A stretch of DNA of 64,000 nucleotides from a bacterium (GTDB lineage Bacteria; Oederibacteriota; CAKKQC01). Position 1 is the first letter of the stretch, and every line of letters begins with the position of its first letter. A program made the position numbers and the translations under genes. The notes beneath the pieces are model-generated. The model worked only from the letters and a program-made list of their open reading frames with translations, was not told where the DNA came from and did no database searches. Location: contig CAKKQC010000002.1 of NCBI GenBank assembly GCA_919901855.1, positions 40,296 through 104,295 of the forward strand, given 5' to 3'. This document shows, piece after piece, positions 17,363-26,101 of the stretch.

Positions 17363-19105
17363 ATGCAGATCCTCAAGGGCATCCCCGTCGCGGCCGGCAT
17401 CGCCATCGCGCGCCCGTTCCTGCTCGAGCGCGAGGGCCTCTACTGCCCCCTGCGCCGTTCCCTGTCCGACGCCGAGGTCGAGCGCGACGTCACGGCCTTC
17501 AAGGAGGCCATCGCGAAGACCGCGGCGGGCATCCGGCGCACGAAGGAGAAGCTCGAGCGGCGGGTGGGCAAGGGCCACGGGGCCATCCTCGACGCGCACC
17601 TCATGATCCTCAAGGACCCGCTGTTCGTGGGCGAGACCATCGCGCAGTCCCGGCGGGAGCACGTGAACGTGGGCTGGGCGTTCTACCAGACCATGCAGAA
17701 GTTCGCCCAGCTCGTGGCCTCCGTGGGTGACGCGTACCTCCGGGAGCGCACGAACGACGTCGAGGACGTGGGCTGGCAGGTGCTCAAGAACCTGACCGGG
17801 AGCGACAAGCGGACGCTGGACAACCTCAAGGAGCCCGTCGTCGTCATCGCCGACGACCTGACGCCGTCCGAGACCTCGGACATCCCGCGCGACCGGGTGG
17901 TCGGGTTCGCGACGCTGACCGGGTCCCGGACCTCGCACACGGCCATCATCGCGCAGGCCCTGGAGATTCCCGCGCTCGTGGGCGTGGCCGCGCTCCGGGA
18001 TGTCGCCGTGGGCGAGGGGCTCGTGATCCTCGACGGCACCGGGGGCGTCCTGATCCTGGATCCCGACGAGGCCACGCTCGAGGAGTACCGCCGCCGCCAG
18101 CGGATGTCGGTCCAGCGGCGGAAGGACCTGCGCAAGCTCGCGGTCCTCAAGACCGAGACGTCGGACGGCCACGTCGTCTCCCTCTTTGCCAACCTCGAGC
18201 TGCCCATCGAGGTGCCCGCCGCCCTCAAGGGCGGAGCCGAGGGGATCGGGCTCTTCCGCACCGAGTTCCTCTTCCTCAACCGCGACACGATTCCCGACGA
18301 GGACGAGCAGTACCAGTGGTACCGGAAGGTGGTGGAGCAGATGGCGCCGCGGCCCGTCGTGATCCGGACGCTCGACGTCGGGGGCGACAAGTTCCTGAAG
18401 TCGGCGGGGGAGGCGCGCGAGATGAACCCGTTCCTGGGTCTGCGGGGCATCCGCCTGTCGCTGGCGCACCGCGACCTGTTCCGGGCGCAGCTCCGCGCCA
18501 TCCTGCGGGCGAGCGTGTACGGCAAGGTCGAGGTCATGTTCCCGCTGATCTCCTCGGTCGAGGAGTTCCGGCAGGCCCGGGGGGCGTTCGAGGACGCCAT
18601 GGTCGAGCTCCGGAGCGAGCGGGCGAAGTTCGACGAGACGATCCCCGTGGGGGCCATGATCGAGACCCCCTCCGCGGCCATCGTCGCGGACCTCCTGGCG
18701 AAGGAGGCGAAGTTCTTCTCGATCGGGTCGAACGACCTCATCCAGTACGCGATCGCGGTCGACCGGGGAAACCAGGGCGCGAGCTACCTGTACCAGCCGC
18801 TCCATCCGGCCATCCTCCGGCTGATGCGGATGGTGATCGACATGGCGCACGCGGCGGGCATCGAGGTCACGGTGTGCGGCGAGATCGCGGCCGACCCGCT
18901 GGCCGGCGCGCTGCTGCTCGGGCTCGGCGTGGACGCGCTGTCGGTGAGCCCCGTCTCCCTGATCGAGGCCAAGCGACTGATCCGGTCCACCTCGTACGTC
19001 GAGGCCCGGACGGTCGCTCAGGAGGCGCTCACCCTCCCCACGGCCCAGACGGTGCGCGAAGTCGTGCTCAGCCGGCTGGGCTCCCGGGTCGCCGCCGCCT
19101 CCTGA
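17363..19105 (+). CDS. ptsI: PTS Enzyme I (phosphoenolpyruvate-protein phosphotransferase)
   Basis: GSRTSHTAIIAQALEIPALVG (phospho-His loop) and C-terminal PEP-utilising TIM-barrel motifs (CGEIAADPL). ATG 17363 (TTG 17360 also in frame). Confidence 0.92.
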   Translation: MQILKGIPVAAGIAIARPFLLEREGLYCPLRRSLSDAEVERDVTAFKEAIAKTAAGIRRTKEKLERRVGKGHGAILDAHLMILKDPLFVGETIAQSRREHVNVGWAFYQTMQKFAQLVASVGDAYLRERTNDVEDVGWQVLKNLTGSDKRTLDNLKEPVVVIADDLTPSETSDIPRDRVVGFATLTGSRTSHTAIIAQALEIPALVGVAALRDVAVGEGLVILDGTGGVLILDPDEATLEEYRRRQRMSVQRRKDLRKLAVLKTETSDGHVVSLFANLELPIEVPAALKGGAEGIGLFRTEFLFLNRDTIPDEDEQYQWYRKVVEQMAPRPVVIRTLDVGGDKFLKSAGEAREMNPFLGLRGIRLSLAHRDLFRAQLRAILRASVYGKVEVMFPLISSVEEFRQARGAFEDAMVELRSERAKFDETIPVGAMIETPSAAIVADLLAKEAKFFSIGSNDLIQYAIAVDRGNQGASYLYQPLHPAILRLMRMVIDMAHAAGIEVTVCGEIAADPLAGALLLGLGVDALSVSPVSLIEAKRLIRSTSYVEARTVAQEALTLPTAQTVREVVLSRLGSRVAAAS

Positions 19106-19106
19106 C

Positions 19107-19595
19107 ATGGGAGACCGCGGCCGAAGCCGGCCGCGGAGTTTCGACGGACGTCGAAGCTCCTCTCCCTCAAGAAGGCCGCCCCGGTCGGCCTCGTCCCTGG
19201 TCACGCGATCCGTCCGCGGGACCGAGGCGGCCGGGGCCCGCCTGGCGCGCACGCTGGTCGCCGGCGACTGCGTCTGCCTGATCGGCCCATTGGGTGCGGG
19301 GAAGACGGCGTTTGTCCGGGGGGCGCTCCGCGCCCTGGGAGTCCGCCGCCCGGCGGCCTCCCCGACCTTCGTCCTGGCGCGGGAAGGTTCCGGCCGCGTA
19401 CCGGTCGCCCACCTCGACTTCTACCGCCTGCGGGTCCGGGCCGAGGAGCGCGGCCTGCTCGACTACCTCGACGGGCGTCACGTCGTCTTCGTGGAATGGG
19501 CGGACCGGGATCCGTCCTTCTGGCCCGGGAACGCGATCGTGGTCGTGATCGAGCCGGTCGGCCCGGCGCGGCGGCGCCTCCGGATCTGGTCATGA
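19107..19595 (+). CDS. tsaE: tRNA t6A biosynthesis ATPase TsaE (YjeE) with Arg/Ser/Pro-rich N-terminal extension
   Basis: LIGPLGAGKTAF (P-loop)...SPTF.L..EY...VAHLDFYRL...VEW. ATG immediately follows the ptsI stop. The first ~35 aa are low-complexity (RSRPRSFDGRRSSSPSRRPPRS). Confidence 0.8.
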   Translation: MGDRGRSRPRSFDGRRSSSPSRRPPRSASSLVTRSVRGTEAAGARLARTLVAGDCVCLIGPLGAGKTAFVRGALRALGVRRPAASPTFVLAREGSGRVPVAHLDFYRLRVRAEERGLLDYLDGRHVVFVEWADRDPSFWPGNAIVVVIEPVGPARRRLRIWS

Positions 19596-20311
19596 CGCGG
19601 CGGATCCTCGGACTCGAAACCTCGAGCCCCGACTGCCGGGTGGCGGTGCTGACCGTCACCGGCCGTCCCCGTTCGCTGGCCGAGGCGTTGCGGTCGGGGT
19701 CCGTCGTGGAACGGTCGGGCGCGAGCGAGTTCGCGCGCCACTCCGACGTCGTATACGGCCTGCTCGAGGGCGCGTTGCGCGGCGCCCGGATCAGGCTGGC
19801 GGACCTCGACGGAATCGCGGTATCGATCGGGCCGGGATCGTTCACCGGGCTGCGCGTCGGGCTCACGGTCGCCAAGGTGCTGGCCCGGTTCGGCGGGATC
19901 GGGCTCGCGGCGGTGCCCACCCTCGAGGCGATGGCGGCCGAGGGAATGGCCGGGTCGACGGAGACGGTGTGCGTGCCGTCCGTCGACGCGCGGCGGGGCG
20001 AGGTCTACGCGGCGGTCTACCGCCGCGCCGGGACGCGGGTCCGGAAGACCGGGGGCCCCTGGGTGGCCGGGCCCGGGCGGCTCGCGGCGCTCGCGCCCGC
20101 CGGGGCCCGCTCCGTGACCGGGGCTCCGCGCGCGGCGACGGTGGCCGCGCTGGGACTGCTCCGGCTGCAGGCGGGCCGCGGGGTCGATGCCGCGCGGCTG
20201 GTGCCCCTGTACCTGCGGCGCCCCCAGGCGGTGGAGCAACGCCTCGCGGGCCGGCGCACGTCGATCCGTCGGGATCGACGAGGGTCGGACCGTCCGGGCC
20301 GACCCGGATGA
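19592..20311 (+). CDS. tsaB: tRNA t6A biosynthesis protein TsaB (YeaZ)
   Basis: ATGA overlap with the tsaE stop. ILGLETSSPDCRVAV and GPGSFTGLRVG motifs. Confidence 0.85.
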   Translation: MTRRILGLETSSPDCRVAVLTVTGRPRSLAEALRSGSVVERSGASEFARHSDVVYGLLEGALRGARIRLADLDGIAVSIGPGSFTGLRVGLTVAKVLARFGGIGLAAVPTLEAMAAEGMAGSTETVCVPSVDARRGEVYAAVYRRAGTRVRKTGGPWVAGPGRLAALAPAGARSVTGAPRAATVAALGLLRLQAGRGVDAARLVPLYLRRPQAVEQRLAGRRTSIRRDRRGSDRPGRPG

Positions 20312-20772
20312 TGGAATTCGTTCCCTTCGGGCCTCAGCACCTCGACGCCGTGACCGCGCTCGAGGCCGAGGTGTTCCAGGGCCGGGAACCGTGGAGCCGG
20401 CAGGCGTTCGAAGGCGAGCTGATCAATTCCCAGGCGGTCTGGATCGTGGCCCGGGCCGGGACCGCCGTGATCGGGTACGCGGGCGGCTGGGCGGGCGGCG
20501 CGGAGTTCCACCTCCTGAACCTCGGGGTCGCGGTCCCGTTCCGGCGGCGGGGGGCCGGCCGCGGGCTCGTCCGGGCCGTGCTGGGCGCGGCTGCCGCGCG
20601 CGGGTGCCGCCGGGCGACGCTCGAGGTGCGGAGTTCGAACGAGGGGGCCCGGGCTCTCTACGAATCGTTCGGGTTCCGCTCCGCGGGCGTGCGCCCGCGG
20701 CACTACGGGAACGGCGAGGACGCCGTGATCTACTGGCTCGACGCCGTAGAGGCGGTCAAGATGGCCCTGTAG
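20308..20772 (+). CDS. rimI: Ribosomal-protein-alanine N-acetyltransferase RimI (GNAT)
   Basis: ATG overlaps the tsaB stop. GNAT motif RRRGAGRGLV and conserved YESFGF. Classic tsaE-tsaB-rimI order. Confidence 0.85.
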   Translation: MMEFVPFGPQHLDAVTALEAEVFQGREPWSRQAFEGELINSQAVWIVARAGTAVIGYAGGWAGGAEFHLLNLGVAVPFRRRGAGRGLVRAVLGAAAARGCRRATLEVRSSNEGARALYESFGFRSAGVRPRHYGNGEDAVIYWLDAVEAVKMAL

Positions 20773-20816
20773 TAGTTTCGGCGTCCGCCGAAACTACGCG
20801 GGACGTTCCGTCCCGC
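20772..20816 (+). terminator. Tandem stem-loops after rimI (palindromic-element copy plus 8-bp hairpin)
   Basis: GTAGTTTCGGCG-tc-CGCCGAAACTAC (20772-20797, perfect 12-bp arms) is immediately followed by GCGGGACG-ttc-CGTCCCGC (20798-20816). No U-run. Confidence 0.45.
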
Positions 20817-20894
20817 GAGGTCCGCTTAGAAGCCCTCACCAAACCATGGATTCATCCGCTGCTTCCAGAGGCCGTTGGGGCTTCGCAACGGCCT

Positions 20895-22004
20895 CTACGG
20901 ACCTGCAATAACCTGGAGGCCGACTAGGCCGCAGGCCCGCTCGCCGAACGTCCCCGGATCGGGCGCTGCCGGCCTCCTCGGCGTCGCGGCATCCCAGGAC
21001 GCCGCGCTCAGGTACACGCGCACGACCTCGCCCACGGCGTCGAGCTCGGCCACGCGGCAGTCGGCGGGGTAGGCGTCGAGCACGAGCAGGTGGTCGCCGG
21101 GCAGGATCGCGGCCGCCCGGGTGTAGGTCGCGCACCGCTGCGCGCCGTACTCCTCGACCCGGATGGCGCGGGTCGATCCCCAGGACCACAGGAAACGCCC
21201 CTGCGCGTCGGTGTCGACGACTTCCATGGTCTTTCGGGGCATGAGCGTTCCCGGCGACGCCTGTTCCGGGACGCAGAAACAGCCGTAGAACCGCCAGCGA
21301 TCGGGCGTGACTTCCTCGGCCCGGGAAGCCTCCCAGAGGTGGCAGAGCGCGTCGAGCGGGACGCCCGTCAGCGAGCGCGTGGCCGGGTCGTAGACGGCGA
21401 ACCGCTCGGGATCGCGGAACGCGGCCAGCCAGCGGCCGTCCGCCAGCGGGGCGGCGGAGCGCAGAGACCGGTGCAGCATCTCGCGCTCGACGCGCCACCG
21501 GCGGGAGAGGCAGGCGGCCCACCCCGCGGTCGAGACGAAGACGCCGCCGCCGGCCAGGCCGCGCAGTCCCGTCGGCTGCGGGGGCGAGGCGGCATCGGCG
21601 ACGGCGAGCTGGGCCGCGCTGCGGATCTCGCCCGCGGGGTCCACGACGAGCAGGCGGCTGAACCGGCCGGGCGACCACTGGGCCACCAGCGTCGTGCCGT
21701 CGGCCGCGCGCGAGAACCCGGCGAGCGTGCCGCCGGGGCGCAGCCGGCATTCCCATACCGTGGCGCCCGCGGCGGTCAGCTCGACCAGCCCGTCGTCACC
21801 CCGTTCGTCCGAGGACCATCCGATGAGCAGGTTGCCCGCGGCGTTGAACGCCCCGGGGCGCACCTGCACCGCGGCGCAGGTGCGCGAGGGGACCTTCGCC
21901 GGCCGTACGACTACGGCGGCGGCCTCCGCGGGGTCCTGGGCCACGAGGAGCGAGGCGGCCGCGAGGCCGGGCACGAACAGCCGCCGGAAGCTCATGGCTT
22001 CCAT
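20895..22004 (-). CDS. Hypothetical secreted protein (369 aa)
   Basis: The C-terminal 369 aa of the 707-aa minus ORF start MEAMSFRRLFVPGLAAASLLVAQDPAEA (signal peptide) and have W/Y/C-containing normal composition. The upstream 338 aa are an out-of-frame overlap of the GspE gene. Co-directional and 44 nt downstream of gspE. Confidence 0.5.
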   Translation of the reverse strand: MEAMSFRRLFVPGLAAASLLVAQDPAEAAAVVVRPAKVPSRTCAAVQVRPGAFNAAGNLLIGWSSDERGDDGLVELTAAGATVWECRLRPGGTLAGFSRAADGTTLVAQWSPGRFSRLLVVDPAGEIRSAAQLAVADAASPPQPTGLRGLAGGGVFVSTAGWAACLSRRWRVEREMLHRSLRSAAPLADGRWLAAFRDPERFAVYDPATRSLTGVPLDALCHLWEASRAEEVTPDRWRFYGCFCVPEQASPGTLMPRKTMEVVDTDAQGRFLWSWGSTRAIRVEEYGAQRCATYTRAAAILPGDHLLVLDAYPADCRVAELDAVGEVVRVYLSAASWDAATPRRPAAPDPGTFGERACGLVGLQVIAGP

Positions 22005-22048
22005 GTTAGCGCGTCGGCCTTGCGCCGGTCCGCGCGGCTTGCCGCCCG

Positions 22049-23743
22049 TCAGATGTCGGCGTGCTGAAGGATCTCCTCGAGGGTGGTGGCTCCCGCGAGG
22101 AGCTTCTCGAGGCCGTCCTCGTAGATCGACTGCATGCCCGCCTTCAGCGCGGCCGCCCGGATCACGGGGGCGGGCCGGCGCTGGGTGATCAGCTCCCGGA
22201 TGTCGTCGTTGATCTCGCAGACCTCGGCGATGACGCTCCGGCCGCGGTAGCCCGTGTTGTTGCAGTACCGGCACCCGGCACCCTGCGCGCCCTTGACGGT
22301 CTTGCCCTGGAGTTCCGGCGGCAGGCCCGGCACGTCCGTCAGGGGCACCGGGACCTCGCGTTTGCAGCGGGTGCAGACGGTGCGCACGAGCCGCTGGGCG
22401 ACCACGCACCGCAGCGAGCTGGCGATGAGCGCCGGGTCCGCGCCGAGGTCTAGGAGGCGCGAGACGGCCGAGGGCGCGTCGTTCGTGTGCAGGGTCGAGA
22501 ACACGAGGTGGCCGGTGAGCGAGGCGCGGATCGCGATCTGGGCCGTCTCGAGGTCCCGGATCTCGCCCACCATGATGATGTCGGGGTCCTGGCGCATGAT
22601 GGAGCGCAGGACCGCGGCGAACGTCAGCTCGATGTCGGGGTTCACCTGGTGCTGGGTGATGCCGTCGATCTGGTACTCGATCGGGTCCTCGACGGTGACG
22701 ATGTTCTTCTCGGCGAAGTTGAGCGACGCCACGACGCTGTAGAGCGTCGTGCTCTTTCCTGATCCCGTGGGGCCCGTGAGGATGACGATGCCGTGGGGGC
22801 GCGTGATGTGCCGGCGCAGGGTCGTGAGGTCCCGCTGGGAAAACCCGAGCTGGTTGAGGTCGAGCACGACCGCGCTCTTGTCCAGGATCCGCATGACGAT
22901 CTTCTCGCCGAAGTAGGCGGGGTTCACGCCGACGCGAAAGTCGATCTCGCGTCCCTCGACGAAGATGTGGAACGCGCCGTCCTGCGGCAGGCGGTGCTCG
23001 GTGATGTCCAGCTTGCACATGATCTTCACCCGCGAGATCACGGCGGGCGCGAGGCTCTGCGGGATCCGCTGATACTCCTTGAGGACGCCGTCCACGCGGT
23101 ACCGGACGGTCATCTGGGTCTTGGTCATTTCCATGTGGATGTCGGATGCCCGGCGCTGGAGCGCCTGGAGGATGATCCCGTTGATGGCCTTGACCGCGGG
23201 CGCCTGCTCGAGCAGGTCCTCGATGCTTTCGATGTCGAGCCCGAGCTTGCGCGTGAGCTGGACGCCCTGGTCCGTGACGCCCTCGAGAAGCCGCTGGATC
23301 ATCTGCTCGCGCCAGTATTCGTGGTACTCGGCGAGCGTCTTCCGGATCGCTCCGCGGGCGGCGAGCACGGGGATGATGGGCATTTTGACCGCCCGCTGGA
23401 TCTCCTCCAGGAGGAGGAAGTCCTCGGGGGTCGCCATGGCCACGGTCATCTTGCCGTCGGCGACTGAGACCGGCATGACGGCCCGCTGCTGCGCGAGGTC
23501 CTCGGGCAGCATCGTGACGAGCCGGGGCTCCGGGAGGATCTGGTCGGCGTGCATGAACGAGACGTTCAGGTGCTCGGCGCGGACCTTGAGGGCGTCCTCC
23601 TCTTTGAGGTAGCCGAGGTCGACGAGGATCTCGTCGACGAGGGCGGACCGGTGCTCCTGCTCGCGCTTGGCGATCACGAGTTGTTCCTCGGTCACCAGGT
23701 TGCGCGCCCGGAGCGTCTTCTCGATATCGGCCTGCAGGGGCAT
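22049..23743 (-). CDS. Type II secretion / type IV pilus assembly ATPase (GspE/PilB family)
   Basis: 564 aa. N-terminal GSPII_E_N-like domain. Walker A GPTGSGKSTT. Tetracysteine motif CxxC...CxxC (CTRCKREV...CRYCNNTG). Confidence 0.9.
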   Translation of the reverse strand: MPLQADIEKTLRARNLVTEEQLVIAKREQEHRSALVDEILVDLGYLKEEDALKVRAEHLNVSFMHADQILPEPRLVTMLPEDLAQQRAVMPVSVADGKMTVAMATPEDFLLLEEIQRAVKMPIIPVLAARGAIRKTLAEYHEYWREQMIQRLLEGVTDQGVQLTRKLGLDIESIEDLLEQAPAVKAINGIILQALQRRASDIHMEMTKTQMTVRYRVDGVLKEYQRIPQSLAPAVISRVKIMCKLDITEHRLPQDGAFHIFVEGREIDFRVGVNPAYFGEKIVMRILDKSAVVLDLNQLGFSQRDLTTLRRHITRPHGIVILTGPTGSGKSTTLYSVVASLNFAEKNIVTVEDPIEYQIDGITQHQVNPDIELTFAAVLRSIMRQDPDIIMVGEIRDLETAQIAIRASLTGHLVFSTLHTNDAPSAVSRLLDLGADPALIASSLRCVVAQRLVRTVCTRCKREVPVPLTDVPGLPPELQGKTVKGAQGAGCRYCNNTGYRGRSVIAEVCEINDDIRELITQRRPAPVIRAAALKAGMQSIYEDGLEKLLAGATTLEEILQHADI

Positions 23744-23777
23744 CGTGGACCTCTAGAGCATCATAGTACGGGCAGGC

Positions 23778-24542
23778 TCACATCGCGAGGATGAGCCGGC
23801 CGGCGTAGACGAGGTCGCGCCCGCCCTGGAGGCTGCCGGGCACGGTCCAGCCGGGGGTGTTGGCGACGAAGACGTCGAACGCCTGTTCGCCGGCGGGCAG
23901 GCGGAGTCCCGCGGCCCAGGGCGTCTTCCACTTCCGCGGATTGGCGAGAAAGACGCCGACCTCGGCCAGGATCGAGGCCCGGTTCCACGCCGGGGATTCC
24001 AGCCCGAAGACGGTCGCGTGGACGGAAGTCCGCGTCCCGGTGTCGCGCACGTAGCGCTCCGCGACCGTGCCCCGGCCGCCGGCCAGGCGTCCCGCTCCGG
24101 CCGCGAACTCGCCCCAGACCGCCCTATCCCGCGCGAAGGCGTAGCGCCCGTCGTCGAGCCGTACCCTGGCGTAGCCGCGCGTGAGTCCGGCGGAGAGCGT
24201 TACTCCGCCCGAGACCGATCCGCCCGGGACGGGCGCGCCCCAGCGCAGGGCGGCCTGGAAGTCGTCGGCGTCGTACCGTCCGCCGGCCCCCGGCCAGTCG
24301 ACGCGGGCGTGCGCGAAGCGTCCGGCGCCCGCGACCTCGAGGCCGCCGGGCATGCCTTCGGCGAAGGCCGCACCGAGCGCGGGGTAGTTGCCGCGGAACG
24401 ACGCCCCGAGGGCGAGGGCCTGCACGCCCGGGCCCAGGGGCGAGGGGGCGGACAGGTTGAGCCCCGGCCGGGGAGCGGCCCCGCCGCCGGGCCCCGCCGC
24501 CCGCGCGGCCGCGGCGACGCACAGGAGGGCGAGGAGCGTCAC
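23778..24542 (-). CDS. Hypothetical secreted protein (254 aa)
   Basis: GTG start at 24542 overlaps the upstream gene stop (GTGA). Signal peptide VTLLALLCVAAAARA. Gly/Ala-rich. The upstream 400 aa of the 654-aa ORF are spurious antisense of the HAD gene. Confidence 0.4.
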   Translation of the reverse strand: MTLLALLCVAAAARAAGPGGGAAPRPGLNLSAPSPLGPGVQALALGASFRGNYPALGAAFAEGMPGGLEVAGAGRFAHARVDWPGAGGRYDADDFQAALRWGAPVPGGSVSGGVTLSAGLTRGYARVRLDDGRYAFARDRAVWGEFAAGAGRLAGGRGTVAERYVRDTGTRTSVHATVFGLESPAWNRASILAEVGVFLANPRKWKTPWAAGLRLPAGEQAFDVFVANTPGWTVPGSLQGGRDLVYAGRLILAM

Positions 24543-25351
24543 CGGCGTGATGGCGCCAGGCGCCCGCGCACCAAGCGCGTTGGCGCAGCGAGCCCGAGGG
24601 CGACCATGAGGGCCAGCATCGGTCCGGCCGCGAGGAGGGGGCTGGCATACAGGCCCCAGACGAGCCAGCCGGCAATGGCGGCCAGCCCGACGCGGGCCGC
24701 GGGGTCCGCCCGTCGACCGAAGGCCGGCGGCAGGAGGGTGACGAAGGCGGCCGCCACGAGGAGGACGAGCGCCGCCGCCACTACGAGGCCGCCGTCCGTG
24801 AGGTGATGCCGGTAGAGGTCCGGCGGGTCGAGGGTGACGCTCCCGCGGGCCGTCACGGCCCCCGGGATCTCCGCGGACGCCGACACTCCTCGTGCGGCGG
24901 GAAGCCACCGGCTCGTGAACCGGCCGAATTGGCCCGGGCCCCAGCCGAAGACCGGATGCTGGGTGAACGCGAGCCGGGCCGCGGCGGCTAGATCGCTCCG
25001 GGGGATCCGGATCGCGGGCGGGACGGCGAGGACGACGGCCAGCGCCCCGGCGACGAGCGCGGCGGCGGCGAGCCGGGCCCGGAGCCGGTCCGCGCCGTCT
25101 CGCGGCGGGAAGGCGGCGCGGAGACAGATGCAGAGTAGCGGCCCGCCGACGAGGGGAATCGCCGCGCGCAGAGCCGCAGGGAAGTCCCAGGGCGCGGCGA
25201 GGCCGGCGACCTGCCATGCGGCGGCGTACGCGAGCAGGGCCCAATCGAGGACGTCGAACGGCGCGTTGCGCTTCCACGCGAAGCAGCCGGTGATAATGAG
25301 CGCGGCGGCCAGGGCAGGCAACATCGGGTTCAGGATACCATGGGACATCAT
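24539..25351 (-). CDS. Hypothetical polytopic membrane protein
   Basis: Minus ORF with about 8 hydrophobic helices (LPALAAALIITGCFAW, LLAYAAAWQVAGLAAPW, VVAAALVLLVAAAFVTLL...). Start taken at MMSHG (25351). Start and real-gene status uncertain. Confidence 0.4.
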   Translation of the reverse strand: MMSHGILNPMLPALAAALIITGCFAWKRNAPFDVLDWALLAYAAAWQVAGLAAPWDFPAALRAAIPLVGGPLLCICLRAAFPPRDGADRLRARLAAAALVAGALAVVLAVPPAIRIPRSDLAAAARLAFTQHPVFGWGPGQFGRFTSRWLPAARGVSASAEIPGAVTARGSVTLDPPDLYRHHLTDGGLVVAAALVLLVAAAFVTLLPPAFGRRADPAARVGLAAIAGWLVWGLYASPLLAAGPMLALMVALGLAAPTRLVRGRLAPSRR

Positions 25352-26015
25352 GGCGGGAAACCTGCAGGCGGTCTGCTTCGATCTCGACGGACTCCTCGCG
25401 GACACGGAGCCCTTCTACTTCGAGGCGCACCGGCAGGTCTTCGCGAAGTACGGAGTCGCCCTCACGATGGAGGAATACGCGCGCCGGTGGATCATCCTCG
25501 GCCAGCGCACGTCCGGGGCGGCCCCCGCCATGGGGATCACGGAGGACCCCGCGGTCCTGACGTTGGAGGCGAAGGCCCTGTACCGCGAGATGGTGCGTGC
25601 GGGGGTCACGGCGATGCCGCATGCGGTCGAGACGATGCGGGCGGTCTCGGCCAGGTTCCCGACGATCCTGGTAACGAACACGCCGGAAGCCGAGACCCGC
25701 CTCATCCTCGAGAAGACCGGCCTCGCGCCGTACCTGCACCACCTGGCGCCGCGCGAGTCGTACGAGAATCCCAAGCCCGCGCCCGACTCCTACCTGGCGG
25801 CGGCGCGGATCCTGGGCCGGGCCCCGGGCGGGTGCCTGGCCATCGAGGACTCGCCGCGCGGGGTGCGCGCCGCGCTCGCGGCCGGCATGCGGTGCGTGTG
25901 GATCCCCAACGAGTACACGCGCGTCGCCGAGCCTCCGCGGGGCATCCTGGCAACGCTCGGTAGCCTCGCGGAACTGGACGTGGACTCTATCGCCGCGAGG
26001 TGGACCTCGCTCTAA
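25350..26015 (+). CDS. HAD-superfamily hydrolase (beta-phosphoglucomutase-like subfamily IA)
   Basis: Motif I CFDLDGLLADTEP, motif II VTNT, C-terminal IEDSPRGVRAALAAGM. ATG 25350. Confidence 0.8.
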   Translation: MAGNLQAVCFDLDGLLADTEPFYFEAHRQVFAKYGVALTMEEYARRWIILGQRTSGAAPAMGITEDPAVLTLEAKALYREMVRAGVTAMPHAVETMRAVSARFPTILVTNTPEAETRLILEKTGLAPYLHHLAPRESYENPKPAPDSYLAAARILGRAPGGCLAIEDSPRGVRAALAAGMRCVWIPNEYTRVAEPPRGILATLGSLAELDVDSIAARWTSL

Positions 26016-26101
26016 GGTCGCGGACGACCTTTCGTCGAAGGTGGCGGGAATATCCGGATTCGACGCGCGAGCTGGGCCGGACTCTAGGGTCGGGGACGAC
26101 C

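Noticed and set aside
13534-19920. Very long ORFs 13534..14931(+), 13565..15874(-), 14818..15723(-), 15829..17406(-), 15882..16433(+), 17348..19252(-), 17683..18741(-), 18316..19281(+), 19201..19920(-)
   Set aside because: Antisense or out-of-frame shadows of GH57, NHL, ptsH and ptsI, which have unambiguous family signatures.
20836-23018. ORF 20836..21756(-), and the N-terminal 338 aa of the 707-aa ORF 20895..23018(-)
   Set aside because: The 707-aa ORF's upstream half overlaps the GspE gene out of frame. Only the part from MEAMSF (signal peptide) was kept. 20836..21756 is Arg-rich junk.
24018-25742. Plus-strand ORFs 24018..24806, 24388..24609, and the upstream 400 aa of minus ORF 23778..25742
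   Set aside because: Ala/Arg/Pro-rich with no hydrophobic or motif structure. Antisense to the HAD hydrolase and membrane-protein region.
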